A stretch of 64,000 nt of DNA, from NCBI RefSeq assembly GCF_009914755.1, contig NC_060938.1; one strand, 5' to 3'. Below the pieces are notes generated by a model. It ran no database searches, was not told the origin of the DNA, and saw only the letters and a program-made list of their open reading frames with translations. The stretch is from the human T2T-CHM13v2.0 reference genome, Homo sapiens. The translations under genes and the position numbers were made by a program. Below, one piece after another: positions 34,074 to 47,180 of the stretch; the stretch's first letter is position 1, and each line of letters opens with the position of its first letter.

Positions 34074-34503
34074 GTGACAGAGCAGAAGTATCGCCATCTT
34101 GAATAAGCACTGTTATTTTAAAATTCACCTTAATCCCAAACCGCCTAAATCCAAAGGGCATCAGCCTAATGGCTAAGGTCAGCATGAGCATAAACTGCAA
34201 ATAACATCTCTGACCAGAAACATTCCAAACTCTTCCCTGACCAAAGATGTCAGTCCCAAGATAACCTCCCCTCTGTCAGAGACATTCCAACCCTGCCATA
34301 AACTTCTCCCCAACACAGAAACATTCCAAGGTTGTGATAAGCCCCCTCACCCTAAAGCCAATATATACTCTTAGTTTGTAAGAAAAAGCACTCCTGACCG
34401 AAATCGGTCAGAAGCCCCTCTCAGGTTTTTTCTCTAAAATAAACCTGTCTTTTCCTATTAAACCTTGTTTCATGTTTCTTTTCTCTTTTTTTAATTCTTA
34501 CAA
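34074..34503 (+). mobile_element. Solo LTR (LTR47-like)
   Basis: tgacagagcagaagtatcgccatcttg...gggcatcagcctaatggctaagg...aataaa at 34438...attcttaca (TG..CA ends). Confidence 0.7.
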
Positions 34504-34935
34504 CAGGGAGTTTATTTGGGAGGTGATCCTGGGAAGCACAAGGGAGGGAGTTGGGGAGGTAAGACAGAATAAAGTCTGTCCATGAGCAACCTGTTGCTGT
34601 AGGCAACTGGTGTTCAATTGCACTGGAACCTTCCGAGAGACAATGTAGGACATACCTTAAAATTGTCCTGCTGAGGCACTGCTGAAGATGGGGCATTTAT
34701 TTATCATCCCTTGAGGGTTACTCTTGGGAGCATTAAATCCTGGGCACTTCCAAACTGTCCTGTGCAATCTCCCATGGTGCTAGAGATGGCTTTCAGGCAG
34801 AGAAACAGAGAATGCTCCCTTAAGGTGGAAACTGGGAAGCTCTTAGAATGCCTGTAACTGTCCTTGAAGGCTGCTGGTAAACTCAGAAATGGGCCAAGGG
34901 GTCATGGGGCCGTGTACCAACAGCATCTGTTACAG
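34504..34935 (-). mobile_element. LTR16-like ERVL LTR (its other part lies before 34074)
   Basis: gtttatttgggaggtgatcctgggaagcac...accaacagcatctgttaca. Confidence 0.65.
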
Positions 34936-34967
34936 ATAGACTTTTATAAGATGTCATCTTTCCAGAC

Positions 34968-35295
34968 CAGCACAGTCTAACAGAAATAACGTAAACTACA
35001 AATATAAGCCACACAGGCAATTTTAAATTTTCTAGTAGCTATGTTAAAAAAGTAAAAAGGAACAGGTAAAAATAATTTTAATATTGTGTTTATTTCATTC
35101 ATTATGCCCAATGCATTATCATTTCAACATGTATTTAATATAAAAAATTATTAATAAGATCTCTTATGTTCTTTTTTCTTTCCTATCTTTGAGATTTGGT
35201 ATGCATTTTACACTTACAGCACATTTCAATTCAGGCCAGTTACATTTTAAGTGCTTCATGTGGCTCATGGCTACTACATTGAACCACACCATTCT
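34968..35295. mobile_element. MER33/MER3-type hAT-Charlie element
   Basis: aattttaaattttctagtagctatgttaaaaaagtaaaaagg...cacttacagcacatttcaattcaggccagttacatttt...gctactacattg. Confidence 0.85.
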
Positions 35296-35929
35296 AGATA
35301 AATATAAGAAAGACATTCATGTGGGAAAGGGGTATGCAACAAAAGTTTGTGATTTGTTTTTCTGTGATTTTCTTCAAAATATCACTCAAATCATAGTCTT
35401 CCAAAATATTTTAGGATTATCCTTTCTTATTTTGAGAACATCATTAAACGATGTCCTTTTATAATTTATGGACTTTTTCAGAAACTTTCTCTGCCCTTTT
35501 GATTTCAGACTCTCTTCTTCTGGTTTATGTGGCAAGGACTATCATAATTAATTTTTCCTCTGAACATTGATGGGAGAAGACCCGAAGGGTATCTTGCCAT
35601 TATCAATTTAGTTTATGGGGCCCATAACTATGGAGGCCTGGGGGAGCGATGGGAAGGCAGGAGCACCATTTGGCCTGGACTCTTAAAGGTTGGTACTGAC
35701 TAATGAGGTTCTACCTATAGTTACTGCATTTACAAAAAAGTTCATTTGTTATAGATGCATAATATACACATTTAAAGTATGCTACAATTTTTGCAATTTC
35801 CCCCATTTTTGCGAATTTCTTTTAAAAAAATCTAAGAATTCTTAAAAGGCCTGTGCCTCTCTTTATAGTTGAGAGGAATAGCAAACGCCTTTCATTTCCA
35901 AGCTCTCTTCTTTTGTGTCTATATTAGAG

Positions 35930-36335
35930 AGCCTATTATTACAACAAAAAATAAAACATGGATTCATTGATTTTCTAGTCCTCCTTGAAGTTAATAGTGG
36001 CCATGTGATAGTGTTGGCCAATGAGATATAAGCAAAAATCTTCCGGTGCTTCTTCTTTGTCTTCTTTATTCCTTCCTGGAACTCAGACATGATGGTTGGC
36101 ATTGTGGCAGCCATCTGGTAACCAGGAGGCAAGCAGCACGGAAATGAAAGCCAACATGCTGAGGATGGTAAAGAAAAAAAAAGATAGAAGAAAATTGTGT
36201 ATCTAATAGCAACACTGGGCTTCTTTACCAGCCCTAGAAGTACTTTCTGACTTGTTATGTGAGACAAATAATACCTTATATATTTAAGCCACTATTACTT
36301 AGATTTTCTTAGAAAAATGAATTCGTATCTGATAT
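35930..36335 (+). mobile_element. Old MLT1 (I/J-like) LTR
   Basis: gtggccatgtgatagtgttggccaatgagatataagc...ggcagccatc...tgttatgtgagacaaataa...tttaagccact. Confidence 0.75.
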
Positions 36336-36719
36336 AGAGGCACTGCCAAAACCACCACTGATAAAAACTCAGTGTGCATTTGATTTCTTGCTCTTCCCTA
36401 CAAGTGGCTAATTAAGCAGTCATCCAGAAACACAAAACAAATACACAAAACGCTGTAAATCTGAAGTTCATAATTATCCAGAGAGCTAATTAGATATCTT
36501 CTATTTTAGAAAACATATAGACTGATCAGAGCATCTACCTTCGTGTTCCAGCCCCAAAGTCGCGTATTCAAAATGATTGCAATTTCTTCAAATTGTCACT
36601 CTTTTCATTTACAGGGGACATAAATATCACTTAAGAGCACTCATCTATCTTTGGGTCCTCAGATCTTACCTTGAGTTTGGCACATGGAAGGCAATCAGCA
36701 GATGTTTATCATATAAATA

Positions 36720-36773
36720 CAATGATAATTTATTTATATGGGCAATGTAATGATAATTTATTTATATGGGCAA
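36720..36773. repeat. 28-bp tandem duplication
   Basis: aatgataatttatttatatgggcaa occurs twice in tandem. Confidence 0.9.
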
Positions 36774-37030
36774 GTAAAAAATCACTTCCTATGCAGGATT
36801 TGTTCATTTTTAGCCTTCTTAAGAAAGCTTCCCCAGACTTTTAATGGGTTACCCCACTTTATGGACAATATTAATGCAGACTGTAACAACCCCAGAGATG
36901 TCTCCTGGAAGTTGTCTAAGAGCTTCCCAGAGAGAGAGAGACAGATGGAATGACTGGTTTATCTCAGAATTTCCCCTCCCATGGTAACTGCCCAGCACCT
37001 CTAAGAACTGTAAATGAGGAGTTATAAGTA

Positions 37031-37490
37031 TGAAAGGAAAATATCTTTGGCCCCCAAAATCACTAAGGAAAACTCAAGCTGGAAACTGCTTAGGGCAAAC
37101 CTGCCTCTCATTCTATTCAAAGTCACTTCTCTGCTCAATGAGATAGATGCATATCTGATGTGCCTCCTTTGGAAAGGCTCATCAGAAACTCAAAAGAACG
37201 TAACCATTTGTGCATCACCTATGTGTGACCTGGAAGCTCCCTCCCTGCTTCCAAGTCTTCCTGCCTCTGCTTCAAGTTGTCCTGCCTTTCCAGACTGAAC
37301 CAATGTACTTCTTACATATATCGATTGATGTCTCATGTCTCCCTAAAATGTATAAAACCAAGCTGTGCCCTGACCACCTTGCGCACATGTCATCAGGACT
37401 TCCTGAAGCTGTGTCACGGGTGCGTCCTCAACCTTGGCAAAATAAACTATCTAAATTAACTGAGACCTATCTCAGATTATCTGAGTTCTT
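37031..37490 (+). mobile_element. MER4A-type ERV1 solo LTR
   Basis: tgaaaggaaaatatctttggcccccaaaatcactaagg...ccctaaaatgtataaaaccaagctgtg...ggcaaaataaac. Confidence 0.88.
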
Positions 37491-37809
37491 GTAAGTTTCC
37501 AAATTGTCTTTACTTTCTGGGACATAAAAAAAAGAAAAAAAAACCTCAAAATGAGTACTTTTTAAAACCATGTAGAAATCTGTCCCTTTTCCATGTGGGT
37601 GAAACTCAAGGCAACTACTATGTAAGGATGAAAGCCTCAGAGTTCAGATTTGATAACCTATACAGGAGGATCAAAACCCAGTCTTAACATTTTCTGACCA
37701 AACCCAGCTTCTATAAGTGGTTGTTAAAATAGCTTCTCTTTGGCTCACTGATATTCTGTGATTTCTCTGAGGAAAAGAATCTACAGGATTCTGGCTTTTA
37801 CCTTTAACA

Positions 37810-38109
37810 TTTTTTTTTTTTCTTGAGACAGGATCTTGCTTTGTTGCCCAGGCTGGAGTGCTGTGACATGGTCACTGCTCACTACAACCCTGACCTCCTG
37901 GGCTCAAGCTATCTTCCAGCCTCAGCTTCCAGAGTAGCTGGGACTACATGCATGTACCACCACACCCAGCTAATTTTTGGATTTTTTTTGTAGAGACAAA
38001 GTCTCACTATGTTGCCCAGGCTGATATTGAACTCCTGGGCTCAAGTGATCCTCCCAGCCTTGGCCTCCCAAAGTGCTTAGATTATAGACATGAGCCACCG
38101 CACCCAGCC
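37810..38109 (-). mobile_element. AluJ
   Basis: Diverged reverse Alu. Confidence 0.94.
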
Positions 38110-38129
38110 AATCTTTACCTCTTGCATGA

Positions 38130-38352
38130 TGGTTGAGCTTTTGCACCTTAACTCTGAGTGGGAACAAATATGCTAGCTGTCTGACCTTGGATAAGTTTCT
38201 AAACTTCTTGAGTATCAGTTTCTTCATCTTTAAAATGGGAACTGTAATAATACTGGTTTCATTAGGTTGTTGTGGTAGTTAAGTGAGATAATACATGTAT
38301 AATGTTTAGCACAGTGCTTTGCATAGACTCAGTCCTTAATCAACGTTAGTCG
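38130..38352 (+). mobile_element. MIR
   Basis: ctgaccttggataagtttctaaacttcttgagtatcagtttcttcatctttaaaatggga...aagtgagataatacatgt. Confidence 0.85.
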
Positions 38353-40469
38353 TTATTAATAAAATTAATATAAAATTGTAAATTATGAATAATTAATAAT
38401 TATTAATAAAGTACTATTTACAACTGTCTGATTAGAATTTATGCTAGATTAATGTAGATTAATCTAGCAAGTGCTGACTTGTCTTCAGGAGCACATGATC
38501 CCCATTTTTTTTAAAAATGGAATTATTATAATGACTTATAAAGAGTTTCTTTGGTTTTCTTGTTTGATTTGCTGGATGGTCTGTTTGGAAACCATATCCA
38601 AGAATTGGAGCATTAATTTGAAGAAAGAGGTTCAGAAGTTTCTTTCTGAATTGTCCTTGAAGGTAATGGGAAGTGAATCATTCAAATTCAACTTTCCTTT
38701 CCCTGACCCATGCACTTGGATCAGAACAACATACATCATTAGTGTTAGAACATCTTTCTTTTCAAGAATTCTTTGGCTGGGTCTTTACAGCTATGGTGAA
38801 GTGCAACTGGGATTTCTAATATCCAGGGAAACCTCATTTCTATCTAGTTCTGACTTTGCTTGGGCCTGAACAGCAGGTGATAGCTTTGCAGTCATGGAAG
38901 AACAAAAATTTTCAACATTTTTAGTTGAGAAAGCTTAGCCTTTAATTCAATCAGGGCTTGGAAGAAGGAGGAAGCAATGGGGTTCTTTGTTTTGTTCCAA
39001 CTAGTTTACCCTGAGTCTGCAGCTGGTTAGAGTTTCTAAGAGGCTGTTAGTTCCAATTAATTTGGTATACACTCCCGTAAGTGTGCTTGATGAATTTAGA
39101 GGCAGCAACGAATTTATCTGTGCACCAGCCATAAAATTTCCATTACTTTTGTTAATGAATTTTACATTTGATTTTGAAAGCTTTTTAAAAAGTTGCGCAT
39201 TTGTTTTTCAGGGCCTTCCCCTCCTCCTTCTACATAATTCGTGTCAAAATAAGAACTTCACTTAGAGAGAGACTGGACATTTCTATGAGGCATTTTGCGT
39301 TTGGGGCCAGGGAGACTGCATTTCCCAAATGTCTCTAAATTTTAAAGGCCATCAGGCCCTTCTTGGGCTCCAAAGTAGGTAAAATAGGAAGTCCGAGCTG
39401 AAGAGGATGGGTTTCCCAGAAAGTTCAGTTATTAATTGCAGGGGGAAAAGGCAACAATCTATGTAGCAAGTTGTGGTGGGAAAATAGTCTGTTGCAATAA
39501 GGTCAGGGTCAGGTCTGAGTTTCCTTTCCTGAGCTCTGTGCCTTTTTTTTTTTTCTCTTTAGCAGAGACATCCCACAAGATGAGAAGCACTGGATGCTCT
39601 AAGTCTGACTGTTAGCTAAAATCTGGCCTTAAGATTCTCAAACCCTAGAGAGGAGAGACAGAAGCAGATAAACCTGCAGTTCAAAGCTCGAAGCAATTTT
39701 CCTTCAAAAGCAACACTTTTGAAGCAGACTGTTTCTTTGTTCTGGAAATACCATCCAAATATACAGTTTTACTAGGTAAATGTAATCACACCAGAATCAG
39801 AAAATGTGTTTGAGAGGCTGTGACTCTAAGGAACTAAACCGTGAATGTTTATGTTGTCAGCTTCTTGCATGTCTGAAGACTCTATTTCATTTAGAGAGAT
39901 GCTCCTTTTCTGTGTGTTAATTTAGAATGGGCTATGTGTCACTTCTTCTTGTGCAGGTGTGAGGACTGGCAGATGGCAGGAAGGACAGCAAGGCAATAAG
40001 AAGGGAGCAGGGCAGGGCTGGGGGAAGCTGACATTGCACATTGTTCTGTAGAAGTGCGAACAGCTCAGACAGACATGGAGCAATCTCCCTGCTGGTGAGT
40101 GGGGGTCAAGTCTTATCCTACTGGGTATGATCCATTTGTTTTGGAGGGAGTAGACACTTCTCACATTTCTGTTGCCATTTTTTTCTGTGGGAAACAGCAG
40201 GAAATGAACACTTAGAAGGTATATCTTAAACTGGGGCCCCTCTGACCTTTGTTCAACAGGTCTGGTCACGGAGGAGTCTAAACACGAAGCCCACATGCTA
40301 AGCATAGGGGGAAGATGGCCTGCCTGAGGACAGAGGCACCTCCCACAGGGGGTTTCTGAGAATGGGCCAGGCTTGGAATCCTTGAGACAGCCGAATCTAG
40401 GAGTTGCAAGTTGTTTTCTGCATCCGATATTTTGTTATCTCTGGCCCTTCAATAAAATCATGTTAAAAT

Positions 40470-40823
40470 TGATATGGTTTGTCTGTGACCCCACCCAAAT
40501 CTCATCTTGAATTCCCATGTGTTGTAGGAGGGACCAAGTGGGAGGTAATTGAATCATGGGGGAAGTCTTTCTGGAGCTGTTCTTGTGATAGTGAATTAGT
40601 CTCACAAGATCTGACGGTTTTAAAAATGGGAGCTTTTCTGCACAAGCTCTCTTTGCCTGCTGCCATTCACATAAGATGTGACTTGCTCCTCCTTGCCTTT
40701 GGCCATGATTGTGAGGTTTCCCCAGCCATATGGAACTGTGAGTTCTCCATTAAACCTCTGTCCTTTGTAAATTGCCTAGTCTCATGTATGGCTTTATCAG
40801 CAGCATGTAAACGGACTAATACA
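40470..40823 (+). mobile_element. THE1 (THE1A-like) solo LTR
   Basis: tgatatggtttgtctgtgaccccacccaaatctcatcttgaattccc...cagcatgtaaacggactaataca. Confidence 0.93.
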
Positions 40824-40913
40824 AATATTACAGCCTGGTTTCCAACAAAATTAAGGTAAAATTTGAAGTCACTTTGGTACAGAATAGTAAAAGAAGAGTA
40901 GCTGCTCCAGTGA

Positions 40914-41040
40914 GTGGGAGGAGGCTGCTCATGGATGGAACCTACTCATGGATAGAGCCTGCAGGTGGGTGGCGCCTGTCACTGGGTGGAGCCTGCTGGT
41001 GGGTGGGGCCTGCTAATGGGTGGGGCCTGAGGGAGGAGCC
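40914..41040. repeat. 17-bp G-rich minisatellite, ~7.5 diverged units
   Basis: Units start at 40914, 40931, 40948, 40965, 40982, 40999, 41016; consensus ~ RTGGGTGGRGCCTGCTN. Confidence 0.9.
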
Positions 41041-41753
41041 AAACTGAGTTTATAAATGCTAAGTAAAGTACATTTTAGAAAATGTAAGGTTTGAACCGAC
41101 CTTTGGGAGGTAAATATGATTTTAAAAAATGTTAATGAAAGATTGGAGTAAGACAAGGAGGCAGAGAGACCAGGAAGGAGCTTTTACCTGTATGTTGTGG
41201 AAAATAAAAGGAAGGGGCAGGTTTGAGAGAGGGAACCAACAGACCACGGGTCAGGCTGTCCTCTGGAAACTGCTCGACTTCCTGTGCCTGAAACAGCAAG
41301 TTATCTCTGCCTCATTTTCCCCAGCACAGAATATGACCATTAACAATAAAGCAGGTATCCAGGGCTCCCTCGGTACCAGGCATATTCCGAGTGCTTCTTG
41401 TGCCCTATTAGGTAGAAGTTGTTACAGATGGGGAAACTGAGGCAGGAGCTGTAACTTTCCCAAGACTCTTACCACCACACTTACAGTGTCCTGTCATGCT
41501 CAAGCTCCTCTTCCCTCCTTACTTGGTATTTTACGTGGAAAAATAAAATAATATTTGTGAATTTATCTCACTTATTTTGGAAGACGAATGTGAAATGAGT
41601 TCTTTTTTCTTTTATTATCTTCTAAGCCTCCCCCAAAGTTCGAAATAGAAAATTTGAGCACTCATTGCACAGATGTTCAGCACGACTACCCTATCCCGCA
41701 TTTTCCCCCTTCTCGACTATAAAGTGATGATACCCTGGTGAAGTTGCTCTTAT

Positions 41754-42060
<307 letters not shown>

Positions 42061-44412
42061 CAAGGGTTGCTTTTATTTTCAAGAGCAGGGGAAGCATAAG
42101 TCAGCTACCTTGGAGTAAGGGGAACCTGTTAACATGACATTTACAAAGCTCATTGACTAATGTTTCCTTAGTTTACCCTAATAACTTGCGAGGTAGGCAG
42201 TATTTTGCAGATAGGTGACTGTATTCTCTAGAGAGACTGTGAGTTGTTTAAGATCTGGCCGTGTTAGTGCAGAAGATCAACTTTCTGACTCTCTCTCTCT
42301 CTCTCCAGTCCTGTACTCTGACCTATCAAGAGGCTTTGGCTGCCAGTGGAAAATGGTAAGAGCTTCCCTGTCCCCCTCCCCACTGGATTCATGATATTCA
42401 CAGTATTTTTGCATAACTCTCTGGGTAGTGGTTGAAGATGGTGGGGCTGCTCCATGCTGTTCACTTATAGAGGGCCCCTCTGGAAACCTGTTAAGGTAAC
42501 ACATGGTGTGAAGAAAAAAAGGTCAAAGTTTTTCATGAAATCTGTGTTCACTTGGGCTGCTGAGGAGGGGTGCTAACATTCTCTACTGTCTCACCTAGCA
42601 GAACTTTCCTCATCTTTAATTTTGACCCGAGTTTGTGAGACCTTTTGGTTTGGATTTCTGTGCAGGGCTGTATTCCCAGAGGGATCAGACCACATCACCT
42701 CATTAGTCATATACACTGATCTTCACAGCAAATCGTGTGCCCACCAAAAGCCAGTGGTTAAGGACCACTTGGGGCCCAGAGCTCTGAAGGGCCAGGTTTA
42801 TTTCCACATGCTGAATTGTTCCTTGACCTCAATTTTTCCCTCTCACAGCAGGGCACCATGTGGGGAAGAATGCAGACTCCGGAGTCCTGCCAGCAGGACG
42901 TGTGAGGAGCTGGGAAATTACTCTACCTCTGAGCTCTCCACAGAACTAGCACACAAGCTCTTTTGGAATAGCTGGGTGTTCACATTAAAGAGGGGGTTGG
43001 AGGAAGGGGCAACAGTGCTTGGAGAATAATACTTGTTACACAGCTGTAGCTGAGACCCCTCTGCTTATCATGAAAGCTTCAGGCATTCACTTTCCCTCTT
43101 CCTCGTTGTAATTGCTCCGTATCTAAGGCTTCATAGACCTGCAGTTCCTGTGGAGAGTGGGCTCATATTTGAGAGCCAGATCCCTTGACCCAGGTTGTCT
43201 GAAAGATGCGCTTCCAAAGGTTAACATTTCATTGAGTGGCTGACAAAGCCTTTCAAAGGATAGCTATGGTCCAATTTTAGGGGGTGCTGTGAAGACCCTG
43301 TCTCCTGGTGGGGTCTTTATTCTGGTGTCTGAGATCACAATAGAGGCTGAAGTTTGCCTGAGTGAGTCCGGTGTGGGCTTCTTTGGAATCTTGCATATGA
43401 AAAGGTATTGGGTATCTCAAAGGATGAGGGTCTTTCTTACTGCACTCATCTAGGTGGGCAGTTATTTATTTGGGGTACCTGGCTCCCTCTCTACCTCTGT
43501 AGATATAAGGTCAGCTTTTGGAGGGCAAGGCTTGCATTATGGACATCTTTATTTATATCTTTGGATTCAGATAAATAGTTTACCTTCAGTAAATGTTTAT
43601 TGAGTAAAAACAAATGTGTGGTAGATAAGTGCTCTCTAGAAAATGCTAGATAAGACTTTTTTTCTTTTTAAAGCTAGATTGTTATTGTAAAAGTAAAGAA
43701 AGTTCATGGTAAAAATTAAGAGTATGAAAAGATAAAAATGAAGTTTCCACTAAGCAGAGATAATTGCAATGAGCAATTTTCTGTGTTTCTTTACAGAAAT
43801 GTTCAATAAGTCTACATCTCAAGAACATTTTTATTTTCACAAGTGGCATTATACTATAGTTACATTTCTGCAACTAGCCTTTTTGTATAGTTAACTGTAT
43901 ATCTTGAACACCTTTTTATAATAATGCATATAGATTTACCCCAATCTTTATAATAGCTGCAGTCCATTGTATGAATTTTCTACAATTTATTTAATCAATT
44001 CTCTATTAATACATATGCAGGATGTTCCTAGATTATTGATTATTACAAAAGACACTGCAATAAATATCTATCCATGTTTATATTTGTGTATCTGTGGGAT
44101 AAATTGTTTTAAGTGTAAGTTTATGGGATATTACCAGTTGTCTTTCAAAACATGGCACCAATTCATACTCTCACCAATAGTGTATGCAAGCGACCATTTC
44201 CTCACATCCTTGGCAATGATGAGGATTAGCAAATGCTTTCATCTTTGTCAATATAATAGGAGAAACAGTAACTCATTTTGGTCACATTTATACTTCTTTA
44301 ATTTTGAGTGAGTTTCAATCATTCCCCCTTTGGGGACTATTCTATTTTATTTTCTGTGAACCACTTGTTCAGATCCTTTGCTGATTTTCCTATTGAATTG
44401 CTTCTCTCTCTA

Positions 44413-44647
44413 TTTTTTTTTTTTTTTTTGAGACAGGGTCTCACTCTGTCACCCAGGCTGGTGTGCAGGGAGATCACAGGTGTGTGTCACCACAACACAC
44501 CCAGCTTTTTTCTTTTTTCCTTTTTTTTGTAGAGATGGGGTCTCACCATGTTGCCCAGGCTGGTCCTGAACTCCTGGGCTCAAGCAATCCTCCCACCTCA
44601 GCCTCCCAAACTGCTGTGATTGCAGGTGTGAGCCACTGCACCTGGCC
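44413..44647 (-). mobile_element. AluJ with internal deletion
   Basis: gagacagggtctcactctgtcacccaggctgg jumps to gatcacaggtgtgtgtcaccac. Confidence 0.88.
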
Positions 44648-44756
44648 TGATATGCAAGCCATTGTAGTGCGTTTATGGCATTATTTCTTTGTCATACTTA
44701 AAAAACTTGTCAAAGTTTATCATTTACCATTTGACTTTGAATACGACATTACTGTA

Positions 44757-45093
44757 AATAATTTCAACATTTTATAGACTTAGGTTTACCAATCTTTTTC
44801 TTTGTACTTCTAAATTTCATGTCATGTCTAGAAAGGATTTTGTCATTCAAGGTTATAGGCAGAGTTCACTTATTTTTTTCCCAAATATATTTGTGACACT
44901 ATTATCTATATTTAAATATTTGATCAATAATTTTAACATTTTATATACTTAGATTTACCAATCTTTTCCTTTGTACTTCTAAGTTTTGTGTCATGTCTAG
45001 GAAGGATTTTGTCATTCAAGATAATAGACAGAGTTCACTTAATTTTTTTTTCCAAATGCATTTATGACACTATTTATATTTAAATATTTGATC
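44757..45093. repeat. 169-bp tandem duplication
   Basis: aataatttcaacattttata...tatttaaatatttgatc at 44757-44925, repeated at 44926-45093. Confidence 0.93.
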
Positions 45094-46789
45094 CATCTAT
45101 AATTTTTTTGGTACGACAAGTAATAAAGGGACAAAGATTAATTTTGTCCAAAAGACTAGCCATTTGCTCCAGCTCCATTTTTCCCTCACTGATCTGAAAT
45201 GACACTTTATTATATATTAACAAATAAATTTTTGTTTTTCTTGTGAGGTGATACATGGAAGTATTTAAAAGAGACCAGCACGTCCTTTTCCAAATACCAC
45301 TGTACATATATTTCGCCTACTCCCCAAGTGAGTCCTTTGCAATTTTTCCCAAATATAGAATCAAAGATTAAATTAAAAAAAAAAACCTTTTCTACAAGAA
45401 ATGGAAAAAGGGAACATTGTGATCTAAGACCATGCTTAATGCTACAACAATTTGGATAGTAAAGAAAGATTTGGGTGAGTTTCGCATTTTGAAAAGATTC
45501 CTGGAGAAAGCATGGCTACTGTGTAGGCCCAGATCCCCGGGCTGAGCTGCAGGCCTGCTGGGTTTCTCTTCATTCTAATCCGGTCTTACCCTCAGTCAGT
45601 CAAACACAACAGTCTGTTACTTGCACACAACTCCAGGGTCAACATCTGCCTCGTTCCCGGGGGTAGTGCATGAGTCACTGCTTGTGGAGTTTGGCTCAGT
45701 GCAGAGGGCTGCCTTCTATCCAGATCTTTTCATTCTAAATGAAAAGGCTTTTGATCCATGTATGCTGCTGTTTACTCTACCATCATTTGTCTGCTTCGAA
45801 GCAGAGGATTTGGCTTACTGAGAAGTAATTAAATTAACCCAAAGTGTAAATCCTAAGAAACAAATGAATACTATGTCTCATTCTCAGGAAAGGGACCCCC
45901 TACTCAGAAGATATGTGTTTTAGGAGGTGTTTCCTTTCATAACTGTGCTGAAATTTGGATCCCAGAGTTACCCCTGGAAGTGTTAACTAAATACATAATT
46001 CTGGGAAGGTCTCCCCTTTGCTCCAAAGAGTCTAGGTCTGCAGATAATAATATAATTATTTACATACCACAAATCCATCATGGAGAACTTAAATTTAATG
46101 TATATTGCAGGGGACTTCGACATGGTTCTTTCACTTACAGTTGAGAATAAAAATTAAAAAAAATTCACACTTTGTACCATACCACACACAGATGCATGAG
46201 AAAAACCTAAAAGTTTACTCGTAAACCTCAGCTCTATTGTTGAAGCTTTCTAATTTTCTTGTGTTTTTCCAGCCAAAAACGAAGAAATTCCCTAGAGATT
46301 TCTCTAGCACTTTTCAACTGATGCTGTCAAAGCACTTTATACCCGCTATCTAATTAAGACTCTGAACACCTCAGTGAGAGAGAGAAGCATCAACACCATA
46401 AACCTGACAAATAGAAGCTGGATTCCCTGAAAACCTAACTAAATAAAATAGCTCTGGGTACATGAGGAGAATGCACTGAATCTGAAGCATTGAAAGGTTT
46501 GCATTTCACGCGGTTGTAGACTCCTGAGCGTCTTCTAGAGCATTCCCATCATTCCACTAAGAATTCTATGCTGCAAGAATATTTGTAGTGAGTGGTAGAG
46601 TTTCAGAGAAATATCTTAGGCTTTAAGAACACCAGAAAAGGAATTGGAAGGCAAAGACATACAGAGGAAGAATTTAGAGAGCATGCTATTGACGTGATAT
46701 AGTTTCTGGTGGATAACTGGCAACCGGGTCATTGGACAGGCTAGACAAAGTTCAAGAGAGGTATGAGGAGACTCTAGAATCTGTAATAC

Positions 46790-47180
46790 TGTCAGGATTC
46801 TTAGTTGCTAGTAGCAGACACCAATTCTAGCAAAATGGAAACTTATTGGTGGGGGTATCAGAATCTTAGATTTAAGAGGAGACTCAAGGACTGGTCTTGG
46901 AAAACAGGGAAGAACCAAACAAGCTCCAAAAATCAGGAATGAAAGTAATTTGAAAAACAAGACTAGAGAAAGAACAGTGTAGTTTTTTTCCTGCTGCTAC
47001 TTTTGCCATCAAGAATGGCCTCCACTATTCTGACATCTTTGTGATACTCACTCATGAGTCTACAGTTTGGAGACAGCATCCAACTGACCTAGCCCAAGTC
47101 ATTTGTCCACCTTTAGGTTGTGCCCAAGCAGGAAGGAGAGAGGATCTGGCTCTTTCAGCTTTCAGTGTGGTAGTGTCTAT
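46790..47180 (-). mobile_element. Old MLT1 (K/L-like) LTR
   Basis: gtcaggattcttagttgctagtagcagacacc...gcatccaactgacctagcccaagtcatttgtccacc. Confidence 0.55.

Larger units (their letters stand above)
43660..45310 (-). mobile_element. Old L1ME-like fragment with nested deleted AluJ and tandem duplication
   Basis: tttatttaatcaattctctatt..., caattcatactctcaccaatagtgtatg..ccatttcctcacatccttggc, cttgttcagatcctttgctgattttcctattg. Confidence 0.75.

Noticed and set aside
38442-38468. Small near-palindrome gctagattaatgtagattaatctagc
   Set aside because: Short and AT-rich; plausible by chance or local slippage, with no miRNA-like context.
40914-41040. CRISPR-like array or Chi site (GCTGGTGG)
   Set aside because: Units are contiguous with no unique spacers and no cas genes; the context is eukaryotic and the Chi match is incidental.
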